Shown here in pieces: positions 10,373 through 19,796 of a stretch of 64,000 bases of DNA; position 1 is the stretch's first letter; every line of letters starts with the position of its first letter. The position numbers were made by a program, and so were the translations under genes. Location of the stretch: contig OZ253442.1 in assembly GCA_965261085.1 (NCBI GenBank), positions 1,248,001-1,312,000 of the forward strand, read 5' to 3'. The notes below the pieces were generated by a model, which saw only the letters and a program-made list of their open reading frames with translations, made no database searches and was not told where the DNA came from. This DNA comes from a bacterium. Lineage in GTDB: Bacteria > UBA8248.

Positions 10373-11560
10373 GTGCAGAATAATTCACTACCCCTTTCGC
10401 GTTTCAAGGTCCTGGATCTCACCCGCGCGCGGGCCGGCCCCACGGCGGTTCGCCAGTTCGCGGACTGGGGGGCGGACGTCATCAAGATAGAAGCGCCTCT
10501 CTCGAGCGGCTATGCGGACAACATGATGAATCCCCGGAGCGGCTATGAGGCGCAAAATCTGCACCGCAACAAAAGGGCCATGACGCTCAACCTGCGAGAG
10601 GAAAAGGGCCGCGAGATATTCTTCCGCATGGTGAAGGGCGCCGACGTCGTGATCGAAAACTACCGGCCCGACGTGAAGCACCGCCTGGGGGTGGATTACG
10701 AGGCCTGCCGCGCGGTCAACCCGCGCATCGTCTACGGGAGCATCTCCGGTTTCGGGCAGGAGGGGCCATACCGCACGCGGCCGGGGCTGGACCAGATAGC
10801 CCAGGGGCTGAGCGGCCTCATGTCCGTTACCGGAAAGCCGGGGGATGGCCCCATGCGGGTGGGCATCCCGATTGCCGACCTCTCCGCGGGCTTCATGCTC
10901 GCGCAGGGGCTTCTCATCGCCCTGCTCGAGCGCGAAGTATCCGGCGAGGGACAATGGGTTTATACATCGCTCCTCGAAGCCCAGATTCAGATGATGGACT
11001 TTCAGGCCGCCCGATATCTGCTATTCGAAGAGGTGCCCACACAGCAGGGAAACAACCACCCCACCTTTTTGCCTGCGGGCGTCTTCGAGACGGCCGACGG
11101 GCGAATCAACATCCAGTCCGGCCCCCAGCATCTCTGGGAGCGCCTCGCGCATGCCCTGGAAGTGCCCGAACTGCTTGAAAACCCCGACTATGCGAGCCTC
11201 GAGAAGCGCTACGAAAACCGCGAGGCGCTTCACGAGGCCATCGCGCGCCGGACGCGGACGAAGCCCGGGGCCGAGTGGATTGAGATCCTGAACGAGGCGG
11301 GAATCCCCTGCGGCCCCATCTACACGGTAGACCAGACGTTCGCCGACCCCCAGGTCAAGGGGCTGAACATGTCGCCCGAGGTGGAGCATCCCGAGATGGG
11401 GCCCATAAAAATCGTGGGCCAGGCGGTGAAGCTTGCGCGAACGCCGCAGAAGATGCGCAACGCGGCGCCCGAGTTGGGGGCGCATACGGAAGAGATTTTG
11501 AAGGAAATGGGCTACGATGCGGAATCGATAGATCAATTGCGAGATGAGGGCATCGTCTGA
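10373..11560 (+). CDS. Family III CoA transferase (CaiB/BaiF)
   Basis: VLDLTRARAGP, WGADVIKIE, HRNKR, ADVVIENYRP, SGFGQEGPY..RPGLD, APELGAHTEEIL; AGGAG precedes GTG 10373. Confidence 0.92.
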   Translation: MQNNSLPLSRFKVLDLTRARAGPTAVRQFADWGADVIKIEAPLSSGYADNMMNPRSGYEAQNLHRNKRAMTLNLREEKGREIFFRMVKGADVVIENYRPDVKHRLGVDYEACRAVNPRIVYGSISGFGQEGPYRTRPGLDQIAQGLSGLMSVTGKPGDGPMRVGIPIADLSAGFMLAQGLLIALLEREVSGEGQWVYTSLLEAQIQMMDFQAARYLLFEEVPTQQGNNHPTFLPAGVFETADGRINIQSGPQHLWERLAHALEVPELLENPDYASLEKRYENREALHEAIARRTRTKPGAEWIEILNEAGIPCGPIYTVDQTFADPQVKGLNMSPEVEHPEMGPIKIVGQAVKLARTPQKMRNAAPELGAHTEEILKEMGYDAESIDQLRDEGIV

Positions 11561-11603
11561 AAACAATCCTGCCCCCTCGGGGGCGCAGCGTATGGAGCAT
11601 GGA

Positions 11604-12398
11604 ATGCAGTTATCGACGGAGAAAATGGCTTGCGAGGTGGATGGTGGAATCGGCTGGATGATCTTCAACAACCCCGAGCGGAGAAACGCGCTCTCGCTCG
11701 AGATGTGGGGGGCCATCGCCGAGATACTCGAAAATTTCGAGGCCGACGACGCCGTCCGTGTCGTGGTGATGAAGGGCTCAGGCGATAAGGCGTTCGTATC
11801 GGGCGCGGACATCTCGCAGTTCGCTAAAAACAGGAGCAACGCCGAGCAGGCCGCCGAGTACACGCGGATATCGGAAGAGGCCAAAGAGATCATGGTGGGG
11901 ATGAAAAAGCCTCTGATCGCCATGATCCAGGGCTATTGCCTGGGTGGCGGGCTGGGCATCGCGCTGAACGCCGACATCCGGGTGGCGTCTGATGATTCGC
12001 AGTTCGGCATCCCCGCCGGGCGTCTGGGCATCGCCTATGGTTTTGACAACTTGAAGCAGCTCGTCGATTTGGTGGGACCCGCGAAGGCGAAGGAGATTCT
12101 CTTCACCGCCCGGCGCATCCCGGCGGCGAAAGCGCTTGAGATCGGGCTGTTGAACGACGTCACACCCGTGGATGAACTGGAGGATTTCGTGGTGGATATG
12201 GCTTCCACCATCGCGAACAACGCGCCGCTTTCGATCAAGGCGTCCAAGCTCACCATCGGCGAGGTGGTGAAAGACGGCGCGGATCGCGATTTCGAGACGA
12301 TCGCCAGAATCTCGAAAGAATGCTTCGACAGCGCCGACTACAAAGAGGGCCGCACGGCGTTCATGGAGAAGAGAAAGCCCGTCTTCACGGGCAGATAA
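11604..12398 (+). CDS. Enoyl-CoA hydratase/isomerase (crotonase) family protein
   Basis: NNPERRNAL, AFVSGADISQF, GYCLGGG, DYKEGRTAFMEKRKPVF. Confidence 0.92.
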   Translation: MQLSTEKMACEVDGGIGWMIFNNPERRNALSLEMWGAIAEILENFEADDAVRVVVMKGSGDKAFVSGADISQFAKNRSNAEQAAEYTRISEEAKEIMVGMKKPLIAMIQGYCLGGGLGIALNADIRVASDDSQFGIPAGRLGIAYGFDNLKQLVDLVGPAKAKEILFTARRIPAAKALEIGLLNDVTPVDELEDFVVDMASTIANNAPLSIKASKLTIGEVVKDGADRDFETIARISKECFDSADYKEGRTAFMEKRKPVFTGR

Positions 12399-12422
12399 GA
12401 AGGCTTGAGCCTGGAGAATCCG

Positions 12423-13028
12423 ATGAACGAGGAGATATTCACCGGCATCATCTCCCCCGCAGGCATTCCCAGAATACCGGATGAGGCTCTGAAACCCAGA
12501 CCCGAGACGTTAGAGGGTGCGACTCTCGGTATCCTGGAGAACAACAAGGAATTCTCCGACTGGGTGCTGGACAGGGTGCGCGACCGGCTTCGGACGTCCT
12601 TTGAAATCACCGAAGTCGTCCAGCGCCGCAAGCACCATCTCGCCCAGTCGGCATCCCCTGAAATCCTGGAGGAGTTGAACGCGCGCTGCGACGCCGTTCT
12701 GGTCGGCGTGGGGCACTGAGGCTCCTCCACGTCGTGGAGTGTCCGCGACGCGGTGGAGCTTGAGAGGCTGGGAAGCCCCGCCTGCGTCATCGTGAGCCGG
12801 GGCTTCAGCCATAGTGGCCGCGCGATAGCGAGAAGGCAGGGCTACGGCGGCCTGCCCATCGTCGAGATGGACCATCCCCTCGCTGCACCTGAGAGAGAGG
12901 CGCTTCACCCCAAGGCGGACGCCATAGTGGAAGAAGTCGTCCACGCGCTCACGGCGGATGCGGGAGAGCTCCAGGCCGAATACAGGGTGAAGAAATTCAA
13001 AGGCCCCCGGAATCTTTGCCCGAAATAG
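12423..13028 (+). CDS. UGSC-family selenoprotein, 201 aa, Sec at codon 99 (TGA 12717-12719)
   Basis: ORF-track pieces 12405-12719 and 12753-13028 are one frame joined by GVGH-TGA-GSSTSWSVRDAVELE; SECIS-like hairpin immediately 3'; selA and selB in the window. Confidence 0.88.
12720..12760 (+). promoter_or_regulatory. Bacterial SECIS element
   Basis: GCTCCTCCACGTCGTGGA-GTG-TCCGCGACGCGGTGGAGC: 18-position stem with 2 mismatches and 1 GU pair; apical loop begins with GU 19 nt after UGA. Confidence 0.8.
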
Positions 13029-13041
13029 GGGGAGGTGGAGC

Positions 13042-14115
13042 TTGGCCGAAAACGTCGAAAACCCCTCCGCGGAAGCGGGCAGGCGGGTTCTGCCTATCAC
13101 CGGCTCCCTCGATGAGGTAAACGCCTATTTCTACGAACGCGGCTGGACGGACGGGCTGCCCATCGTCCCGCCGACTCACGAGCGCGTGGAGCATCTGCTC
13201 GGCGGCCGGCCGGGGGAGCCGGACGAGGAAATCGCCGAGGTTCCTCCCCTGATGGGAGTGGCGACGGTCCGCGCGGTCGCTGTGAACGCCGTGATGGCGG
13301 GCTGTGCGCCCGAGTATCTGCCCGTCGTCGTCACAGCCGTCTCGGCCATCACCAAGCCGCGCTATGGCCTCAGCCACCGGCAGACGACGACGCACCCCGC
13401 CACCGCGCTCATCATCGTGAACGGCCCCATCGCAAGGCGTCTCAGGATAAACTCCGGCTCGGGCCTTTTCGGCCCCGGGTGGCGGGCGAACGCGACGATA
13501 GGCCGCGCGCTCAGGCTCTGCCTCATCAACCTGGGCGGAGCGATTCCCGGCGAGGTGGACCGCGCCCAGCACGCCCATCCCGGCAAATACACCTACTGCA
13601 TCGCCGAGAATGAAGACGCGAACCCCTGGGATCCTTATCACGTGGAGCGCGGCTTCGCGCGCGATGAGAGCACCGTAACGCTCATGTGCGGCGAGTCGCC
13701 CCACTGCATCACGGACAACTACAATACCGACCCCCACGCGCTTCTCTTCGGCTATGCGGACTCGATGGCGACGCTGGGCGGGAACAATCTCTCCTCCCAG
13801 GGAGAGCCCGTGCTCGTCATGGCGCCCGAGCACGCCGCCTATATCGCGCGGGCGGGCTGGAGCAAGGCGGACGTGAAGCGCTACCTCTTCGAGAAGGCGA
13901 GAAAGCCCTGGAAGCACGTGGGCGTTCGCGGAAAATCGAAAGGCCCCACCTTTCCCGTCTGGGTCGACAGAACGAACCCCGAAGCCTCCGTGCCCATCCT
14001 CACCCACGCGGACGCCCTCATCCTCATCATCGGGGGAGGCGAGGGACAAAAATCCATGTGGATTCCCACCCCCGGCGCGCAGACGCTGAGCGTCATCGAG
14101 AAAATCCGGGAGTAG
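13042..14115 (+). CDS. Conserved hypothetical protein of the family found next to UGSC (seleno)proteins
   Basis: GWTDGLPIVPPT, AVNAVMAGC.PEY, RANATIGRALRL, AENE..NPW; GGAGG RBS before TTG. Confidence 0.8.
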   Translation: MAENVENPSAEAGRRVLPITGSLDEVNAYFYERGWTDGLPIVPPTHERVEHLLGGRPGEPDEEIAEVPPLMGVATVRAVAVNAVMAGCAPEYLPVVVTAVSAITKPRYGLSHRQTTTHPATALIIVNGPIARRLRINSGSGLFGPGWRANATIGRALRLCLINLGGAIPGEVDRAQHAHPGKYTYCIAENEDANPWDPYHVERGFARDESTVTLMCGESPHCITDNYNTDPHALLFGYADSMATLGGNNLSSQGEPVLVMAPEHAAYIARAGWSKADVKRYLFEKARKPWKHVGVRGKSKGPTFPVWVDRTNPEASVPILTHADALILIIGGGEGQKSMWIPTPGAQTLSVIEKIRE

Positions 14116-14155
14116 GGGAGAGTTTGTGGTAGTGCAAGTCTGGATATAGAAATAC

Positions 14156-14184
14156 TTGCACGGATGTATTCTGCAGGATACAAT
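14156..14184 (+). promoter_or_regulatory. TA operon promoter with overlapping palindromic operator; probably leaderless transcript
   Basis: TTGCAC-17-TACAAT; near-perfect palindrome TGTATTCTGCAGGATACA; GTG start lies 6 nt after the -10. Confidence 0.6.
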
Positions 14185-14190
14185 TAGATA

Positions 14191-14481
14191 GTGGTAGAGG
14201 TTCGCCAAACCGATCAATATGCCCGATGGTTCGAGAGGCTTCGAGACGGGCGAGCAAAGGCGCGCATCAACACTCGCATCAGACGGTTGTCATTGGGCAA
14301 TCCCGGAGATGTGCGGGCGGTCGGGGGAGGGGTCTCGGAGCTTCGGGTCGACTATGGGCCCGGCTATCGCATTTACTTCGTGCAGCAAGGACAATCCTTG
14401 GTGCTCCTGCGGGCCGGAGGGGATAAAAGCACTCAAGCTCGTGATATCCAAAGGGCGAGGAATCTGGCGAGAGAGTTATAG
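14191..14481 (+). CDS. RelE/ParE-family addiction module killer protein
   Basis: GNPGDVRAVGGGVSELRVDYGPGYRIYF, GGDKSTQARDI. Confidence 0.9.
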   Translation: MVEVRQTDQYARWFERLRDGRAKARINTRIRRLSLGNPGDVRAVGGGVSELRVDYGPGYRIYFVQQGQSLVLLRAGGDKSTQARDIQRARNLAREL

Positions 14482-14490
14482 GGGTTTGTG

Positions 14491-14775
14491 ATGGCGAAGA
14501 CGAAGACCAAGCCATGGGATGCGGCGGAGCACCTTGAGACCAAAGAGGATATCGCTCTCTATCTCGAGGCGGCTTTCGAGGATGGCGATCCGGCGCTCAT
14601 CGCGGCGGCATTGGGCGACGCTGCGAGGGCCAAGGGGATGACAAAAGTCGCCGCCGAAGCCGGTTTGGGCAGGGAGAGTCTCTACAAGGCGCTCTCGCCC
14701 AAGGGGAATCCCGAGTTCGCCACCATTCTCAAGGTCATTCGCGCCCTGGGTTTGCGGCTTCGCGCATCCGCTTGA
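14491..14775 (+). CDS. Addiction module antidote protein (HI1420-like HTH)
   Basis: WDAAEHL, ALGDAARAKGMTKVA.EAGLGRESLYKALS..GNPEFATILKV. Confidence 0.9.
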   Translation: MAKTKTKPWDAAEHLETKEDIALYLEAAFEDGDPALIAAALGDAARAKGMTKVAAEAGLGRESLYKALSPKGNPEFATILKVIRALGLRLRASA

Positions 14776-15004
14776 GCGCCCGGCAACGATTTTATGGGCT
14801 CCGGGCGGGTATGCCGGTACGCCCCCTCCAATCCATATGCAGCTTGATGAATGCCTTATCCACCCCGCTGGCCAAAGATTTCATAAAAAAAAGGTTGTGA
14901 GAAAATCCCCATCATGTTATTTTTTATTTCCACATTTGCGACACGCCAGAGGACGTTTCTATATTTTCTTGATGCCCACGAGGGCCCACGAGGGAGACAT
15001 TGCG

Positions 15005-16030
15005 ATGAAACAGTACTTATCCACCGTAGTATGCGCGATTGTTGTCTTGGTATTGACTGCAAGCGCCGCGTTCGCCGCCAGCGCGACGCTGGAGACGGTG
15101 AAAAAGCGCGGCAATCTCATTTGCGGCGTCAACACCGGCCTCACGGGCTTCTCCTCGCCCGACGACAAGGGCGTCTGGAGAGGTTTCGACGTCGATTACT
15201 GCCGCGCCGTCAGCGCCGCTGTTTTCGGCAATCCCGACAAGGTGACCTACAAGCCGCTGACCGGTAAGACGCGCTTCCCGGCGCTTCAATCGGGTGAAAT
15301 CGACGTTCTCTCCCGCAACACGACGTGGACCTTCAAGCGCGACGTGAACCTGGGCTTCGAGTTCGTCGGCGTGCTGTATTACGACGGGCAGGGCTTCATC
15401 ACCCGCAAGTCCCTCGGCCTCAAGAGCGCCAAGGAGCTCGACGGCTCTTCGGTCTGCATTCAGACGGGCACCACGACCGAACTCAATCTGGCCGACTATT
15501 TCCGCAGCAACAAGATGAAGTTCAAATCGGTCGTCGTCGAGGACGCGGCCGAGGCGCGCCAGAACTACGCCGCCAACCGCTGCGACGCCTACACGACGGA
15601 CCGCTCCGGCCTCGCGGCCCAGCGCTCCGTGCTCAAGAACCCGGACGCGCACGTGGTCCTGCCCGAAATCATCTCGAAGGAGCCCCTCGGCCCCGTCGTG
15701 CGCCACGGCGACAACGTATGGGGCGACATCGCCCGCTGGGTGCGCAACGCGCTCATCGTCGCCGAGGAACTCGGCCTCACTTCCAAGAACGTCGACGCCA
15801 TGAAGAAATCGAACAACCCCGAGATCAAGCGCTTTCTCGGTCAGGAAGGCGACTTGGGCAGCATGCTCGGCCTCTCGAAGGACTGGGCCTACAACGTCAT
15901 CAAGGGCGTGGGCAACTACTCCGAGATCTACGAGCGCCACATCGGCCCCAAGACGGCCATCGGCCTCGCGCGCGGCTACAACAACCTGTGGACGAACGGC
16001 GGCATTCTCTACTCGCCTCCGTTCCGCTAG
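15005..16030 (+). CDS. aapJ: General L-amino acid ABC transporter substrate-binding protein
   Basis: CGVNTGL.GFS, RFPALQSGEIDVLSRNTTWT, ISKEPLGP, NNLWTNGGILYSPPFR. Confidence 0.9.
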   Translation: MKQYLSTVVCAIVVLVLTASAAFAASATLETVKKRGNLICGVNTGLTGFSSPDDKGVWRGFDVDYCRAVSAAVFGNPDKVTYKPLTGKTRFPALQSGEIDVLSRNTTWTFKRDVNLGFEFVGVLYYDGQGFITRKSLGLKSAKELDGSSVCIQTGTTTELNLADYFRSNKMKFKSVVVEDAAEARQNYAANRCDAYTTDRSGLAAQRSVLKNPDAHVVLPEIISKEPLGPVVRHGDNVWGDIARWVRNALIVAEELGLTSKNVDAMKKSNNPEIKRFLGQEGDLGSMLGLSKDWAYNVIKGVGNYSEIYERHIGPKTAIGLARGYNNLWTNGGILYSPPFR

Positions 16031-16149
16031 GCTGCTTCTGCAACCGGTAACATGAACCCGCTCCGGCCTCGGGGATTTCCCCGGGGCCGGGCGGCGCGTT
16101 CTCGAAGCAAAGATACCGCGCCGGCGACTTCGCACTCCGGGGGCTCGAT

Positions 16150-17349
16150 ATGGCGGTAGACTCTCAAGACGGCGGCGGACGGCCAAGCGCCGCCCGCTGG
16201 TGGTATGACCCCAAAGTCCGGGCGATCGCGTTCCAGGTCGCCTTCGTGCTGACCCTCATCGGCCTTGGCGTCTACCTGATCCACAACACGATCATCAATC
16301 TCGAGAAACGCAACATCAAGGCGGGGTTCGATTTCCTCAATAGCCCGGCGGGCTTCGAGATTCCGCTCACGCTCATCCCCTACTCCGTCGAGGCGGGCTC
16401 GACCCACGGCGCGGTCTTCATCGTCGGCCTGCTGAACACGCTCCTGATTTCGGTCTTAGGGATCGTGCTGGCGACGATTCTGGGTTTTATTCTCGGCGTA
16501 CTCAGGCTCTCGAACAACTGGCTGGTCTCGCGTCTGGTGGGGGTCTATATCGAGAGCGTGCGCAACGTGCCGCTACTGCTGCAATTTTTGTTCTGGCACT
16601 TCGCCGTCTTTCAGTCGCTTCCCCTGGTGCGCCAGGCGATACCGCCGTTCGGTACGATTTTTATCCACAACCGCGGCCTCACGATACCGAAGCCGCTCCC
16701 GCAGCCGGGCTTCTGGGTGGTCGCGCTCTCGGTCGTACTCGCCGTCGCGGGGATTCTCTATCTCAAAAAATGGGCGCGCAGACGCCAGGACGCGACCGGG
16801 GAGCAGTTCCCCGTGTTCTGGGCGTCGCTCGGCGTACTGATAGGCGCGCCGCTGCTCGCCTCGGTTGCGACCGGTTTTCCGCTGGCCTGGGAATACCCCG
16901 AACTGGGCCGGTTCCGCTTCACGGGCGGCCTCGAAATCCAGATAGAACTGTTCGCTTCGCTGGCCGCGCTCACGGTCTACACGTCTTCGTTCATCGCCGA
17001 AATCGTCCGCGCCGGCATTCTCGCCGTCTCGCGCGGCCAGCAGGAAGCCGCCTATTCGCTGGGGGTGCGGCCGGCGCCGACGCTCAAGCTCGTCATCATT
17101 CCCCAGGCGCTCCGGGTCATCGTGCCGCCGCTGGTGAGCCAGTACCTGAACCTGATGAAAAACTCCTCGCTCGGCATCGCCATCGGCTATCCCGATCTGT
17201 TCAACGTCTTCGGCGGCATCTCGCTGAACCAGACCGGCCAGGCCATCGAGATTATCGCCATGTGCGTGGTGGTGTATCTCACCTTCAGTATGCTGATATC
17301 GCTCTACATGAACTGGTACAACCGGCGCATATCGCTGGTGGAGAGATGA
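16150..17349 (+). CDS. aapQ: General L-amino acid ABC transporter permease
   Basis: GLLNTLL, RNVPLLLQ, AEIVRAGI, QYLNLMKNSSL, NQTGQAIE. Confidence 0.88.
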   Translation: MAVDSQDGGGRPSAARWWYDPKVRAIAFQVAFVLTLIGLGVYLIHNTIINLEKRNIKAGFDFLNSPAGFEIPLTLIPYSVEAGSTHGAVFIVGLLNTLLISVLGIVLATILGFILGVLRLSNNWLVSRLVGVYIESVRNVPLLLQFLFWHFAVFQSLPLVRQAIPPFGTIFIHNRGLTIPKPLPQPGFWVVALSVVLAVAGILYLKKWARRRQDATGEQFPVFWASLGVLIGAPLLASVATGFPLAWEYPELGRFRFTGGLEIQIELFASLAALTVYTSSFIAEIVRAGILAVSRGQQEAAYSLGVRPAPTLKLVIIPQALRVIVPPLVSQYLNLMKNSSLGIAIGYPDLFNVFGGISLNQTGQAIEIIAMCVVVYLTFSMLISLYMNWYNRRISLVER

Positions 17350-17353
17350 GGCC

Positions 17354-18484
17354 ATGAGCGATATCGCGAAAAATCCGGACAGAAGTTTCGTTCGCACCGA
17401 AGACGTCCCGCAGGCGGCGCCGCCGATCTCGACCGCGGGCGTAGCCGGCTGGCTGCGGACGAACCTTTTCTCCTCGCCAGCCAATACGGCGCTCACGCTG
17501 CTGACGATTTATTTCCTCTATCTGGTCGTGCCGCCGCTGTTCGAGTGGGTCTTCGTCAACTCGCTCTGGGAAGGGGAGTCGAACAAGGATTGCCGGGGGA
17601 TTGAGGGCGCCTGCTGGGTTCTGATACCGAAACGATTCGGGCAGTACATCTACGGCTTCTACCCCGAGCCCGAGCGCTGGCGGGTGAACCTCACCTTCAT
17701 CCTGTTCTGCATCAATCTCTTGCCGGTGCTATCGGACAGGGTGCCGGGCCGCACCTTCGCAGCGCTTTTCCTCGTCTTCGGTTTTCCGATTATCGCCTTC
17801 GTTCTGCTCCACGGCGCTTTCGGCTTGGAAGTGGTGCCGACGCACAAGTGGGGCGGCCTGACGCTCACCCTCGTGTTCGCCTCTGTCGCCATCCTGTTCT
17901 CCTTGCCGATCGGGGTTCTGCTCGCGCTCGGGCGGCGCTCGGAGATGCCCGTCATCCGCACGATCTGCATCGCCTTCATCGAGCTCTGGCGCTCGGTGCC
18001 GCTCATCACGGTGCTCTTCATGGCCTCTTTCATGCTGCCGCTGTTCACGCCCGAGGGGGTGAACGCCAACGAACTGCTGCGCGCCCTGATAGGGTTCATC
18101 ATGTTCGCATCCGCCTATATGGCCGAGGTCGTACGCGGAGGCCTGCAGGCCCTGCCGAAGGGCCAGATCGAGGCGGCCCAGGCGCTGGGGCTGAACTACT
18201 TGAAGTCGATGCAGCTCATCATCCTGCCCCAAGCGCTCAAGATAGTGATTCCGGGCATCGTCAACACCTTCATCGGCCTGTTCAAGGATACCGCCCTGGT
18301 CTCGATCATCGGGCTGTTCGACTTGCTGCTCGTGGCCCGCTCCTCGGTGACGGACCCCAAATGGCTGGGCCTGGAGCATGAATCCTACATCTTCGCGGCT
18401 CTCATCTATTTCATATTCTGCTTCAGCATGTCGCGCTACAGCCTGTGGCTCGAGCGCAAGCTCGACACGGGCCACCAAAATTAA
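17354..18484 (+). CDS. aapM: General L-amino acid ABC transporter permease
   Basis: [34 protein letters not shown]. Confidence 0.88.
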   Translation: MSDIAKNPDRSFVRTEDVPQAAPPISTAGVAGWLRTNLFSSPANTALTLLTIYFLYLVVPPLFEWVFVNSLWEGESNKDCRGIEGACWVLIPKRFGQYIYGFYPEPERWRVNLTFILFCINLLPVLSDRVPGRTFAALFLVFGFPIIAFVLLHGAFGLEVVPTHKWGGLTLTLVFASVAILFSLPIGVLLALGRRSEMPVIRTICIAFIELWRSVPLITVLFMASFMLPLFTPEGVNANELLRALIGFIMFASAYMAEVVRGGLQALPKGQIEAAQALGLNYLKSMQLIILPQALKIVIPGIVNTFIGLFKDTALVSIIGLFDLLLVARSSVTDPKWLGLEHESYIFAALIYFIFCFSMSRYSLWLERKLDTGHQN

Positions 18485-18501
18485 GCGGGAGGAACCGATC
18501 C

Positions 18502-19293
18502 ATGAGTGAAAACGCGGGCGAAGCCGGGGCGGCCGACGCCCCACAGGCCCTCTCGGATGAGCCGATTATCCGCATCGAGGGCATGAACAAGTGGTTCGGC
18601 CAGTTCCACGTTCTGCGCGACATCGACCTCACGGTCTACCGGGGCGAGCGCATCGTCATCTGCGGGCCCTCGGGTTCGGGCAAATCGACGCTCATCCGCT
18701 GCATCAACCGCCTGGAAGAACACCAGAAAGGCGCCATCGTGGTCGAGGGCATCGAGTTGACGGGCGACCTGAAACAAATAGAAAACGTGCGCCGGGAAGT
18801 CGGCATGCTGTTCCAGCAGTTCAACCTCTTCCCGCACCTCACGGTGCTGGAGAACTGCGCCCTGGCCCCCATATGGGTGCGCAAGACGCCCAGGGCGGAG
18901 GCCGAAGAAATCGCGATGGAATACCTCACCCGCGTCAAGATTCCCGAGCAGGCCCTGAAATACCCCGGCCAGCTATCGGGCGGCCAGCAGCAGCGCGTCG
19001 CCATTGCGCGCTCGCTCTGCATGCGGCCCAAGATTATGCTCTTTGATGAACCCACCTCCGCGCTCGATCCCGAGATGATAAAAGAAGTGCTGGACGTGAT
19101 GGTCGAACTCGCCGAAACCGAGATGACGATGCTGGTCGTGACGCATGAGATGGGCTTCGCGCGCCAGGTCGCCCACCGGGTCATCTTCATGGACGAGGGC
19201 CAGATCGTCGAGCAGAACGAACCCGAAGAATTCTTCTACCGCCCCCAATCGGAACGCACGAAACTCTTCCTGAGTCAGATACTCTCGCATTAG
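18502..19293 (+). CDS. aapP: General L-amino acid ABC transporter ATP-binding protein
   Basis: [48 protein letters not shown]. Confidence 0.9.
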   Translation: MSENAGEAGAADAPQALSDEPIIRIEGMNKWFGQFHVLRDIDLTVYRGERIVICGPSGSGKSTLIRCINRLEEHQKGAIVVEGIELTGDLKQIENVRREVGMLFQQFNLFPHLTVLENCALAPIWVRKTPRAEAEEIAMEYLTRVKIPEQALKYPGQLSGGQQQRVAIARSLCMRPKIMLFDEPTSALDPEMIKEVLDVMVELAETEMTMLVVTHEMGFARQVAHRVIFMDEGQIVEQNEPEEFFYRPQSERTKLFLSQILSH

Positions 19294-19439
19294 GATCAAT
19301 CGCGACTGATGAAGGAGCGATTGTAGGCGGATGAGGAACAATTGGTCCGCAATTCCATCCTCTTCGCTCGGAATTCACTCCCACTGGTGCGGTAGCGAAC
19401 TTCGCCCTTGGACAGCATCGCGAACCAACGAGGGAGAAG

Positions 19440-19597
19440 AACCACTCCCCCCTTGAGGGGGAGTCAGCGCGGCAAGGACAATGTCCGCAGCCGCGCTGGT
19501 GGGGGGAGCTTTTCCAATTTTAGAATCGTCCCCCCACCGCATCAACCTTCGCATAAATCGCTCGGCTTCTTCGACTCCCCCTCAAGGGGGAGTGGTT
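19440..19597. repeat. ~160 bp palindromic element with near-perfect 25-26 bp inverted ends
   Basis: AACCACTCCCCCCTTGAGGGGGAGTC ... GACTCCCCCTCAAGGGGGAGTGGTT, plus an internal GGTGGGGG/CCCCCACC pair. Confidence 0.75.
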
Positions 19598-19796
19598 GTT
19601 AGGCTTTCTCCCCGGTCGGCTCCATACGCTGAATCACGAAATCAGGGCTTTTTCAACGGCCCCATTAGGGGTAAGGCTCGCGTTCAGGCGTGTTCAGTGG
19701 TTGTACTCGTGCGTGTATTGTAGGAAAGATGCGTGTCCGGCGTGGGACGCAGCGGATAATTTTGAAACCAGATGAGTTCTGAGAGGGAATAAGTAT

